Below, one piece after another: positions 37,332-47,825 of a stretch of 64,000 nt of DNA (its first letter is position 1; each line of letters begins with the position of its first letter). Under the pieces are notes generated by a model that saw nothing but the letters and a program-made list of their open reading frames with translations, searched no databases and was not told where the DNA came from. Source of the DNA: an uncultured Poribacteria bacterium (GTDB taxonomy: Bacteria; Poribacteria; WGA-4E; WGA-3G); assembly GCA_958295855.1 (NCBI GenBank), contig OY282383.1, positions 4,958,329 through 5,022,328 of the forward strand, read 5' to 3'. The translations under genes and the position numbers were made by a program.

Positions 37332-38102
37332 TTAGTGGGTTAGCGCGTAAACAGCGATATTCACAGCCATCTTTGCGGCGAGTTCCCGAACTTGGGGTGT
37401 ATCGTCTGGATGCACATCGGCATCTTCAAGTCCATCCCCGATGTCAGCACTGTAAACGTAGTAAACTACCATCCGTCCATCATGAAAGAGCCCAAACCCT
37501 TGCGCGGGTTCCGAATCATGTTCATGAATTTTGGGGAGCCCTGGCAAGTCATAGAAGCAGTGATAAATCGGATGTGCGTTCGGTATCGGTTGTAGTTTCT
37601 GCTCAGGGAAGACCCGGCGCATTTCACGGCGAAAGCTCTCATCCAACCCGTAGTCATCGTTCGCGAAGAGAAAGCCTCCGCTAGTGAGGTAGTGCCGCAA
37701 CGCTTCAACTTCGCTTTCAGTGAGGCGAATATTTCCGTGTCCGACGAGGTAGAGCATCGGATATTGATAAAGGGTGTGCTCTGTCAGTTTCAGAATCACC
37801 CGGTCTTCGGCCGTTTCAATATCTGTCCGTGTGCGGAGGATGTGGAGCCAATTGCTGATAGCAGTCGCATCGCCGTACCAATCTCCGCCCCCGCCATAGT
37901 GGATTTGGGCGATAGTAAACTGCTCGCCCGCCTCCTGTGTGCTGATTGCTACGCAAAATAGGAGGCAACAGACTAAAAACAGATGTTCACCACTATTGAA
38001 AATAGTGGCAAACCTCTTGAATATTGTTTGATGGACGGATAACGGGGCACGCACTCTGCCACACCAGGAGCCCCAATGTCTTAATTGTCTCATAGAATAC
38101 AC
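37332..38102 (-). CDS. DUF4159-like protein
   Basis: GGGGDWYGDATAISNWL…FANDDYGLDESFRRE. The N-terminus contains a family-C palindrome read in frame (…FATIFNSGEH…). Confidence 0.45.
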   Translation of the reverse strand: MYSMRQLRHWGSWCGRVRAPLSVHQTIFKRFATIFNSGEHLFLVCCLLFCVAISTQEAGEQFTIAQIHYGGGGDWYGDATAISNWLHILRTRTDIETAEDRVILKLTEHTLYQYPMLYLVGHGNIRLTESEVEALRHYLTSGGFLFANDDYGLDESFRREMRRVFPEQKLQPIPNAHPIYHCFYDLPGLPKIHEHDSEPAQGFGLFHDGRMVVYYVYSADIGDGLEDADVHPDDTPQVRELAAKMAVNIAVYALTH

Positions 38103-38108
38103 CTCACC

Positions 38109-40568
38109 CTAGGTGAGCCCCATGCGTTTGCGTAAAAACCATTCCGTGCCTAATAACCCAACAACTGTCATGAGAATGAGTGGATGTGCCCAGAGTTCGC
38201 GCTCGGCCATGGCGAAAACCGGGTTTTGGACTACCTCAATGTTGTCAGGCAGTGATTCCGCATCAGCTATAGCAAGATAGGCCCCTCCCGTTTGCGCCGC
38301 GAGCTGTTTAAGTAGATTTTCATTGAGTTGGGGTGCCTCCAACTCCGCGAGTTGAGGCTGGACGTAAATGTCGATTTTTTCTTCTTCCAATGTGGTGTTA
38401 CCTCCTACGCCTATAGCACGAATGCGGTAAGTTCCCTTCTGTAATGCTTCAAATTGGGCATTATAGGTACCAGCGTTATCTGCTGTTCCATCTATTGCTT
38501 CTGCGCGAGTTCTGAGCGCAAAGGGGGTGCCCTCGGGTGGTGTAACCTGAATTTGAATTGTTGCCCCCGCTTGGGGCTGATAGGTTTCAGAATACACCCG
38601 CGCCGTAACTGCTACTGTGTCCCCTATTGCATACGTGGATGCATCCGTGGTAAGGTATAGCCGGTTTCCATCGGTGTTCGTTGCCATCCATCGGAGGACT
38701 TGTGCCCAGAAGCGTGCATAGAATGTGTAACGGTTGGTGTCTTTAAAATTCCGCGCGCCGAAATCCCAATTCCATAAGCCTTCTGCGGCAATGAGAAGGC
38801 TTTTGCCTAAGCCGGCTCTCTGAAAAATCAGAAGAGGTTTGCCACTATTTTCAATAGTGGTGAACTTTGGTTCGCTTTTTCCGGTCTCCATAAGTGTTCT
38901 TGCCCCGCCCCTGAGTCGGAAGCCACTAAAGAAACGTGAGAGGGCCGGCAAGTTTCGCCAAAGGGCAACGTTGCTTTGCTGTGTCTGGTTAAGGATATTA
39001 CCCCTGCTTTGCAGGGGCGAATACAATCCGAGTTGTAGCATGGGATGAAATGCGCCCGATTGTGTCAGTTGCACAGTGAATTCTGTGTCCCACATGCGAC
39101 ATCCGTTTATCGGAATGTGAATGGGAAGAAGTTTCGCCAGTTCCGTGTTTCTGAGCCCGTTCGTGCCAAGCATGTTCCCGGAAGGCAGAAAGATAATCGG
39201 CTTTCCGTGTACCTCTACAAAATCGACAATCGCGCTTTGTTGACTTGGGGTGAGATGTTCAGCCGTGACATCGCCTAGAATCAGCACATCGTATGTGAGA
39301 AGTTCAGCGAGCGTTTCGGGGAAACGGGGTGTTTCTGACGCAGGGCTACCTTGTGGATAATACCCATTTAAACGGCTTAGCACAACGTCAGTGCCGGTGC
39401 GTTTTGAGGTTTCATGAAGAGATAAGAGTGCCCAAGTCGGCTCAATGTCGGGATCCCGTTCCAGGGCCCGTTTTAGGAACGTATACTCCCATCTCGGTTT
39501 ACCCTCTAAGTAGAAAACGTTCAGTTTTGCCTTCACGCTCTTTAACGAGAACGTTTTTTCATTATTTTCGTTTGTCAGTTCGCTGTCCAGGGTGGGCAGT
39601 GCAACAGTATATTGAAAATTACCCTCGGTCTGTGGTGTTAACTTGAGTTCAATAACCTGTTTTGTTTGCATAAGGATATTACCCCTGCTTTGCAGGGGCG
39701 AATACAAGTGGCTAGGGGCAACATTCTGACGCTGTTCGTCCGTAAACGTTAATGTTGCTGCGTCCACGAGACGATTGCTATTCACCTCCCTCAAGGACAG
39801 CCGTGTTGTTTCACCTGTGTAGCCCGTTTGGACAACCGTCACGCGGATGACGCTCTCATGCCCTGTGTAGGCAACCGGTGTGACATCAACCCGCTGAATC
39901 TGGATGTCCTTTGGCGGTTCCACATTGCCCACCCCTATTGCATAAACAGGTGTATCTAATGCGACAAGTGCCTCAAGCGGAAACTGTCCAGAATTATGTG
40001 CGCCATCCGTGATAAGCACAACACCCGCGCGCTGTTGTCCTTTCCAAGCGTCTGCCACTTCCCGGAGTGCCGTTCCAATATTGGTTAGCGTGCCTTCAGG
40101 TTCAATATTAAATTGAAAGCTTGCCTCTGGCGAAGGGGCATTCACGTCTGGCGCCGGTGCTACACTTTGACGCAGCTTGGTGTCGAAAGGGTAGAGATGA
40201 ACCTGGAACCGGTTACGCAAAGCCTGCAGGAATTGACTGGATTCACCAAACAAGAGTTGATTCACTTGACCGATCCGTGGCACAGCATTTTCACTAGACT
40301 CTCCATCTGCTAACTGCATACTTTTCGAGGTATCCACCAAGATGGAAAGATGTGTCGGTGGCGTGATGTCCTTTTTTTCGATGACTACGGGTGCTAACAG
40401 ACAGCCAAGTAAGATCGACGCGGCGAAAATCCGCAGGGCGATGAGTAAAAATCTATGCCTCGCTTGCAAAGGACGGTTGAGACGTAGGTAAACGAATGCT
40501 GTCGTGCCAATTACAATGGCGATACCGAGTGCAACTGCCCAGCCCGGCCAAAAATAGGTGAATCGCAT
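38109..40568 (-). CDS. BatA-like membrane protein (aerotolerance-regulator N-terminal TM domain + vWA + GATase1-like C-terminal region)
   Basis: N-terminal 2 TM helices + HLSILVDTSKSM (MIDAS DxSxS). Carries three in-frame MITE-derived insertions (two LYSPLQSRGNIL, one FTTIENSGKPLL). Confidence 0.6.
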   Translation of the reverse strand: MRFTYFWPGWAVALGIAIVIGTTAFVYLRLNRPLQARHRFLLIALRIFAASILLGCLLAPVVIEKKDITPPTHLSILVDTSKSMQLADGESSENAVPRIGQVNQLLFGESSQFLQALRNRFQVHLYPFDTKLRQSVAPAPDVNAPSPEASFQFNIEPEGTLTNIGTALREVADAWKGQQRAGVVLITDGAHNSGQFPLEALVALDTPVYAIGVGNVEPPKDIQIQRVDVTPVAYTGHESVIRVTVVQTGYTGETTRLSLREVNSNRLVDAATLTFTDEQRQNVAPSHLYSPLQSRGNILMQTKQVIELKLTPQTEGNFQYTVALPTLDSELTNENNEKTFSLKSVKAKLNVFYLEGKPRWEYTFLKRALERDPDIEPTWALLSLHETSKRTGTDVVLSRLNGYYPQGSPASETPRFPETLAELLTYDVLILGDVTAEHLTPSQQSAIVDFVEVHGKPIIFLPSGNMLGTNGLRNTELAKLLPIHIPINGCRMWDTEFTVQLTQSGAFHPMLQLGLYSPLQSRGNILNQTQQSNVALWRNLPALSRFFSGFRLRGGARTLMETGKSEPKFTTIENSGKPLLIFQRAGLGKSLLIAAEGLWNWDFGARNFKDTNRYTFYARFWAQVLRWMATNTDGNRLYLTTDASTYAIGDTVAVTARVYSETYQPQAGATIQIQVTPPEGTPFALRTRAEAIDGTADNAGTYNAQFEALQKGTYRIRAIGVGGNTTLEEEKIDIYVQPQLAELEAPQLNENLLKQLAAQTGGAYLAIADAESLPDNIEVVQNPVFAMAERELWAHPLILMTVVGLLGTEWFLRKRMGLT
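38830..38868. repeat. family C palindrome inserted in frame inside CDS
   Basis: aggtttgccactattttcaatagtggtgaacttt, translated as FTTIENSGKPLL. Confidence 0.85.
38987..39022. repeat. family B hairpin (aaggatattaCCCCTGCTTTGCAGGGGcgaatacaa) inserted in frame inside CDS
   Basis: Exact 36-nt string also at 39662-39697 in the same gene. Confidence 0.9.
39662..39697. repeat. family B hairpin, second identical in-frame copy
   Basis: Identical 36 nt to 38987-39022. Confidence 0.9.
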
Positions 40569-40692
40569 GTTTTTTTAATTCCTTTCACCATACATTATAA
40601 CCTGATTACAGTGTTCCTGTCAACACCATTTTCGTTTTGCTCATCTCTGCGCGACACCAACGAAATAGCCCGAAATCTGTCAAAAATAGGAT

Positions 40693-40721
40693 TGACAATG
40701 GGTAATTCTCTATGGTAAAAT
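40693..40721 (+). promoter_or_regulatory. sigma70-type promoter candidate (TTGACA-17-TAAAAT)
   Basis: ttgacaatgggtaattctctatggtaaaat, about 25 nt upstream of ORF 40747. Confidence 0.4.
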
Positions 40722-40746
40722 GTGCTAAACTTCAAACTTTGTAGAA

Positions 40747-41133
40747 ATGGAGCATAACATGGCGGAAGAAAACGGTAACGACAATGTATCTGAAAGTCTA
40801 CAACCGATGCAGGCAGAAAGTGGTGTTATCATCAATGCCTCGCAGATGCAGTCCATCGATATTAGCGAACGTTTTACTCGAGTTAAAACGGAGACTGGCT
40901 GGCGTATCCAGTTGAATGCGCCGGGGCGCGTCACTATCAACTTCATGACTAGCATGCGGAAATTTGAAACGACGTTGATGCAGGGCGATATCATTGAGCG
41001 AGACGGGGAAGATCTGATTTTGCTTCGGAATCAGCAGGCTGACGCGTACCGGTCACAGCGAGGTGTTTCTCCCTTAGCACGGAGTGTCGAGCGCACGCTT
41101 GGCTCTGAACCTGCCGGTGGCAAGACAGTCTAG
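40747..41133 (+). CDS. hypothetical protein
   Basis: 128-aa ORF with upstream promoter candidate. No recognisable motif. Confidence 0.35.
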   Translation: MEHNMAEENGNDNVSESLQPMQAESGVIINASQMQSIDISERFTRVKTETGWRIQLNAPGRVTINFMTSMRKFETTLMQGDIIERDGEDLILLRNQQADAYRSQRGVSPLARSVERTLGSEPAGGKTV

Positions 41134-41142
41134 TGAAGGCAA

Positions 41143-41685
41143 TTGCGCGCGCAGGAGGTAACCTCCATTTTAGAACGCATCTATAGGCTTCTTTCCAGTC
41201 TAAGGGGGGGCACTCTGGTTCCGACAGGGGTGGTGCTGAGCCCAGAAAGTCACGCGAAAATTGTCTCGGAGCTTTCTGAAATTTTTGAGGCGGAAAACAT
41301 TTCCCGCATACAACTTGAGCATCACCTTGCCTTGGCTGTCTCCATTCGATCAGAGAATACGGATGTGGTTATCGTGAAGGAGTTGGTTCCCAACCCGTGC
41401 CCAGTATGTCACCACCGGTTAACCTTCCTTCGGGAGCTGATCGAGCGTTTTGAAAACGATGACGCGAATCTAATTCGTTGTCCTATGGGGCACCGTTATC
41501 CGGGGCAGCTGAAGATGTACTATCTGAATATTTTCCAACAGGATGAGGGGAACGAAATAAAAAAGTCGGTAACGGCGTGTCCAGAGTGTGGGAGCAAAAA
41601 CATCCAGTATTTGGGGCCGGCAGAAATGTTTTGTCTTGACTGTGATTGGGACAGCGGCATGGCACCACGTTACCGGCGGATATAG
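41143..41685 (+). CDS. hypothetical protein with two CxxC…CxxH/CxxC zinc-ribbon-like motifs
   Basis: CPVCHH…CPMGH and CPECGS…CLDC. 10 nt after the previous ORF. Confidence 0.4.
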   Translation: MRAQEVTSILERIYRLLSSLRGGTLVPTGVVLSPESHAKIVSELSEIFEAENISRIQLEHHLALAVSIRSENTDVVIVKELVPNPCPVCHHRLTFLRELIERFENDDANLIRCPMGHRYPGQLKMYYLNIFQQDEGNEIKKSVTACPECGSKNIQYLGPAEMFCLDCDWDSGMAPRYRRI

Positions 41686-41719
41686 GGGTGTGCCCTTATT
41701 ATATGAGAAGCGGGCGGAG

Positions 41720-41746
41720 ATGGGGCTCCGCCCTTACAATTCCCGG
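41720..41746. terminator. GC-rich hairpin between convergent genes (bidirectional terminator candidate)
   Basis: gggcggag-atgggg-ctccgccc. Confidence 0.35.
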
Positions 41747-41747
41747 T

Positions 41748-43397
<1,650 letters not shown>

Positions 43398-43542
43398 CTA
43401 TTGGTTTTAGAGTAATTCGCTATTTAAATATTTGGATATGCTTAATTATAGCATGCACGGCGTGTAAAGTCAATTTTTTTAATGACCCGGAGTTAAAACC
43501 TGACATCATCTCAAGTTCTTCCTTTTTGCCATCCTAATACGC

Positions 43543-46233
43543 CTAAAAGAGTCTGTCTTGTCTCATATCTTCCCTAACTCTTTCACGACCGGCAAGGAAA
43601 CCATCTAATAACTTCTTCTCTCTGCTCTCAATCGGCAGCGTTTCAGATACGGCTTGCGCGACACGATAGAACGCCTCGCTGCGTCCAAAACCACTGTCGA
43701 AAAGGACACGAATCATCTCATCTCGTTGGCTCTTTTCCCAGAGGAACAGCACATGGTGAAGCACGTCAATCAGCTCATCAGCACCAGAAAGACTGTCAAG
43801 CATTCGCGTTTGTGGCCCAAGCACGCGAATAAACTGCTTTTCTTTCACAATGAACCCTTTTCCGCCCCACTTTTGTGCAACATCCACCCCACAGGACTGC
43901 GCCAATTTCCGCGCCTCGTCAAAAGGAACGCGCGCTTCGCCGTATTCCCATCGCCAGAGGACATAGAAGCGGGTAATGTCGGAAATCTCACCTGCAAATC
44001 CATTGTGCAAAATCTGCCGCACGGCATAATCGGTGGCGATTTCTCGGACATCGTCAAGCAGGCGATGCGCGCGGATAATCTCTCCTTCAAAAGTCATGAC
44101 CTGCTCGTATTTGCCGAAGACCTCAATTGCCGAGCCGATGGCGGCGATAAAAAAGTCTGCCCCGCTCAGGCCTTCCTCCCAGAGTCTGTGGAGTTTCGCG
44201 TTGAGGTGCGTTGTCAGTTCCATCTTGACTTCGTTGTAGAAACCTGTCGGTTCGCGTGCCATTTTCCGGGCGACGATGTAGATGGAGGAAGCGAGCGCAG
44301 CCGATTCATTAGCCCGTAGTCGGGTAGCCTTTTCTGTAGACAAGGGCCAAGCACCAGTCATGATGAGCCCAGAATCCAGCAAAGCGTTAATCAGCGTCTC
44401 CCAACCTGCAGTGGATTTGTGGGCATAGACGATAACGGTGACACCGTTGGGTTTCAAAACGCGGTGAATTTCTTGGAAAGATTGCTTGAGCGCCTCCTCA
44501 AAGAACCGCTTTCCCTCCTCAAAACCGCCTGGGCCGTGTGAATAGGCGACAACCTCGTTTCTCTTCGGAGTCAACGGTGTGGCGAAAAGTTCAGGATGCA
44601 CATCACCCAACGTTCGCTTCAGCCATACGTAGAAGAAATCGGAGAGATACGAATAGGGCACGTTATCGTAGTATGGCGGATCGGTGAAAACGGCATCGAA
44701 GAAGTTGTCAGGATGCGGTAGGTTGGTGGCTGAGGATTGGGTAACTGTAGCATTGTGTGGGAAAAGCGTTGAACTTAAATGTGAAGTAATTTTTAAAGTA
44801 GTATCAGTTTGCCTAGCCCAATTCCCTGTCAAAATACCAGATGGATTTTGCTCTGAATAATCAAAAACCATAGGGAGTGCCTGCCGGCCAAAAACATTGT
44901 AAACATTTTCCCCCAAAGGGTGCCACCAACACAAAGACGCATTATAACTTGAATGACAGCTTAGGATTAAAGCCAAATAACTCACCACCGCCTTCGCGTA
45001 TTCTGCATCAACCCCTTCTGCCACCATCTTTTGATACGCCGCCCTCACCTTCTCCGCAAACGTAATCAATGATAGTTTCTGCCGCGCGTTGAAGAGGTCT
45101 CCCCATTTCAGTATGCCATAGCCTTGCACCCGAAAACCTAATGTGCCTTTCGGTGGCAGAGGCTCATCTGGCACCGCGTCCATGCCCCATGCCAAAGTCA
45201 ACTTCTCCCGCTTCTCCGCAAGGTACGCCGTGGCGCACGCAAAGACAGCCAGGTCAGTATCCGTCGCCACACGATAACGTTTACCCGTCGTACCCGGCTT
45301 GTGCAGTACAACGGCAACCAGCCGCTGTCCCGATTTCCCCTCCTGAAACAGGCGCCGCGTCAACTTGGCTTCCACCGCCCCACCGCACACAGGACACACC
45401 GCCACAGCGCGTGAGATAGTCCCTTTCGTTGGATCAAAGTTGTCAGGCATCTGTTCATACCCATCGCCGACAATCTTGAAGTCGACACGCCCACTTTCAA
45501 CATCAGGATACAGTGCCACCTTTTTTTTCGCCTTCTTCGCCAGCCAGAATTGTTTCAGCAAGGGGATATCTATACCACACGACGGGTTCTGACATGGAAT
45601 TGTCCTTGCCCAAATATACCCGACCGGAATTGACCCGTCTGCCTCTTCAGAGTAGAATGTGCCAAGCTCCTTCTTCGCTTCGGCAAGCACCCACTCTCCC
45701 CATTTCTTGACATCTTCTAACAAAGGATTTTTCGCCGGTTCACCAAAACGGATGCCTTCACCCGGTTCCCCCGCGGGGCTGCCGTACTTCTGTGAGTATT
45801 CCAGCGTGCATTTCTGAATTAAGACAGCAACAGGGTTAAGGTCATTGGAATAGGTGTCGCATCCCAGTCGAAGTGCCTCCAGCGGAATTGCACCGCCGCC
45901 CCCAAAGGGATCGAGAACCTTCGGTGGCGCACCGTCGTTGGAAACCTCAAGGATTTCTTCCTGTGCTCTTTTAATTAGATGGGAATTTAGGGAATTTTCC
46001 CACTTCGAGAGGTCCCTGATAAAATTCCGTTTCTGCTGCCACTCGTCAATATCTTTTGGGGGTGGAATCAAGGCAGCGTAGGCGGTTGCCCGTGAAGATG
46101 CAAGCGGCCGCCTCGCCCACCAGATGTGGAGGGCAGAGATATGTCCGTGGCGTATGTTTTTCTCGCGAGCGGCCTCGGCGGAGACTTCTTTGACAGGGAA
46201 GGTCTCTTCAATGAAACGTTTGTCTTCGTTCAT
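43543..46233 (-). CDS. DUF1156-type N6-adenine/N4-cytosine DNA methyltransferase
   Basis: N-terminus ETFPVKEVS…HIWWARRP (DUF1156-like), motif I DPFGGGGAIPLEA, motif IV FTDPPYYDNVPY, Zn ribbon CPVCGG. Size 896 aa. Confidence 0.7.
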   Translation of the reverse strand: MNEDKRFIEETFPVKEVSAEAAREKNIRHGHISALHIWWARRPLASSRATAYAALIPPPKDIDEWQQKRNFIRDLSKWENSLNSHLIKRAQEEILEVSNDGAPPKVLDPFGGGGAIPLEALRLGCDTYSNDLNPVAVLIQKCTLEYSQKYGSPAGEPGEGIRFGEPAKNPLLEDVKKWGEWVLAEAKKELGTFYSEEADGSIPVGYIWARTIPCQNPSCGIDIPLLKQFWLAKKAKKKVALYPDVESGRVDFKIVGDGYEQMPDNFDPTKGTISRAVAVCPVCGGAVEAKLTRRLFQEGKSGQRLVAVVLHKPGTTGKRYRVATDTDLAVFACATAYLAEKREKLTLAWGMDAVPDEPLPPKGTLGFRVQGYGILKWGDLFNARQKLSLITFAEKVRAAYQKMVAEGVDAEYAKAVVSYLALILSCHSSYNASLCWWHPLGENVYNVFGRQALPMVFDYSEQNPSGILTGNWARQTDTTLKITSHLSSTLFPHNATVTQSSATNLPHPDNFFDAVFTDPPYYDNVPYSYLSDFFYVWLKRTLGDVHPELFATPLTPKRNEVVAYSHGPGGFEEGKRFFEEALKQSFQEIHRVLKPNGVTVIVYAHKSTAGWETLINALLDSGLIMTGAWPLSTEKATRLRANESAALASSIYIVARKMAREPTGFYNEVKMELTTHLNAKLHRLWEEGLSGADFFIAAIGSAIEVFGKYEQVMTFEGEIIRAHRLLDDVREIATDYAVRQILHNGFAGEISDITRFYVLWRWEYGEARVPFDEARKLAQSCGVDVAQKWGGKGFIVKEKQFIRVLGPQTRMLDSLSGADELIDVLHHVLFLWEKSQRDEMIRVLFDSGFGRSEAFYRVAQAVSETLPIESREKKLLDGFLAGRERVREDMRQDRLF

Positions 46234-46364
46234 AATGGATTCCTCCTATGTTAATGTGGGGTGTAGTAGAGCACAATTGCAAATGGGTCAACACAATTTG
46301 GTAGGTTCGCATAGATGCTGCTCGCCGCACGCGTTGAGTGGCATCAATTTCCGCGATAATTTTT

Positions 46365-47579
46365 CTATCTGTTATACAATACCAACAAGGGCACCTGGTG
46401 TTTGATCGGGACGTTCTCGCGTTCATATTCCCAATCACTAATCGCTGAACTTGATGTTTTCTTGAGACCTAATTCCTCCGCTACCTGAACCTGTGTCAAG
46501 CCTGCTTTCATTCTCATTTCTCTCAATTCTTGACCTGTAAATTCAAAGTCAATAGGCTCAGGCAGATCGATAACGGGTGCGGATGCTTCTTCTAGTGCGA
46601 TTTCTGCGTTCAGTTCTGCTTCACCTGATGCCACATTGGATTTTAGATATTTTTTATAGGCAAATTCAAGCACGGGTAGAAGTTCTCTCAGATTTTCAGG
46701 AATAGCATAATAGGCTCTACCGTGATTGAGACGATCCGAGGCAGTCTTGCATCCATGTTGCCTTCCCAATTTTTCTGCCTCTTCTTCCACTATCTCGGCA
46801 AAGAATCGAGGAGGGCTAAAAGTAATGTCGAGGCCAAAGACTACTTCCTCTCTATACCCTTTTAACCCAAAACTACAAAGATCTTCCGAGAATTTCCGAT
46901 CTAGTTCCCAACCTTCTTCTTCAATCAAATGCAGCATCTCTGCAACCCCGCTGTAAAATGCGCTGCATTTTTTTTCAGGATATTTTGATTCATAGTGTTT
47001 CCTAAGTTCTTGGGGTACGGAATCTCTAACCCGCGCTATTGTCCTGTTGGCCTCCGTTACCGCCCGTGTCTTTTCTTCTAGTGCGATTTCTGCGTTCAGT
47101 TCTGCTTCACCTGATGCCACATTGGATTTCAAGAGGTATTTCTCCAGATCGGAGATAGCAGTCTCTCGATTTTCAATATCGGTTTCACAGAAAAACCTGT
47201 CGCCCAAACTGGAGGCTTCCCACCGAAAGAGGTAAAATCGCCAGCGTTTGCCGTTTGTAATTATTGCAAGGGGGACATTTCCACTATAAGCGTAGGAGCA
47301 GGTTTGTTCCTCGTATCTTGCGATTGGCTCATTCCACCGTTTACACTCAATCAACACAACAGGATTCTGTTCTTGTTTGATGCGTAAGGCGTAATCAGCA
47401 CTTCCACTCTCTACCTTATATTCCGGTAGAACTTCCATAGACGCTAAATTAGCATCGTCCCAACCTAAAGCCCGGAGAATGGGCAGGATGACATATTGCT
47501 GGGTGGTTGCTTCTTTGGCATATGTCAGGTGTTCTTTGTGTTCAAGAATATGCGAAATTGTGTTTCTCAGATCCGGCAT
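46365..47579 (-). CDS. PD-(D/E)xK nuclease (HsdR-N/Mrr-like) with C-terminal XRE-type HTH
   Basis: …SADYALRI…VVLIECKRW (D…ExK core). C-terminal LTQVQVAEELGLKKTSSSAISDWE HTH. Start set at MPDLRN, because upstream ORF sequence is repeat. Contains an exact ~58-nt internal direct repeat. Confidence 0.55.
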   Translation of the reverse strand: MPDLRNTISHILEHKEHLTYAKEATTQQYVILPILRALGWDDANLASMEVLPEYKVESGSADYALRIKQEQNPVVLIECKRWNEPIARYEEQTCSYAYSGNVPLAIITNGKRWRFYLFRWEASSLGDRFFCETDIENRETAISDLEKYLLKSNVASGEAELNAEIALEEKTRAVTEANRTIARVRDSVPQELRKHYESKYPEKKCSAFYSGVAEMLHLIEEEGWELDRKFSEDLCSFGLKGYREEVVFGLDITFSPPRFFAEIVEEEAEKLGRQHGCKTASDRLNHGRAYYAIPENLRELLPVLEFAYKKYLKSNVASGEAELNAEIALEEASAPVIDLPEPIDFEFTGQELREMRMKAGLTQVQVAEELGLKKTSSSAISDWEYERENVPIKHQVPLLVLYNR

Positions 47580-47589
47580 GCGACATCTC

Positions 47590-47795
47590 CTTATTCCTAG
47601 TGATATACTCCCACTGCTAAAGCAAGGGGAAACCTCCGTCTCTTGCCCACCGTGCCACCGTGTGTCCCGCTGGGGCTGAGCATCTAGGGCAGTCTGCGTT
47701 TCTATACACATACCGCCCTGACAGGGCTAAAACGCCCCCAAAATCCGCGTTATTCTGCGTAATCCGTGTAAATCCGCGATTCAGACGAAAAATGA
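47590..47795. repeat. family-F hairpin element (ttcctagtgatatactccc…ggggaaacctcc) plus degenerate family-D modules
   Basis: About 45 nt homologous to 17436-17482 next to the tnpB remnant. gtgtcccgctggggctga / gccctgacagggctaaaacg / aaaatccgcgttattctgcgtaatccgtgtaaatccgcgattcagac. Confidence 0.7.
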
Positions 47796-47825
47796 TACCA
47801 GAAAAACGTGAAGAAGGCAAGACAT

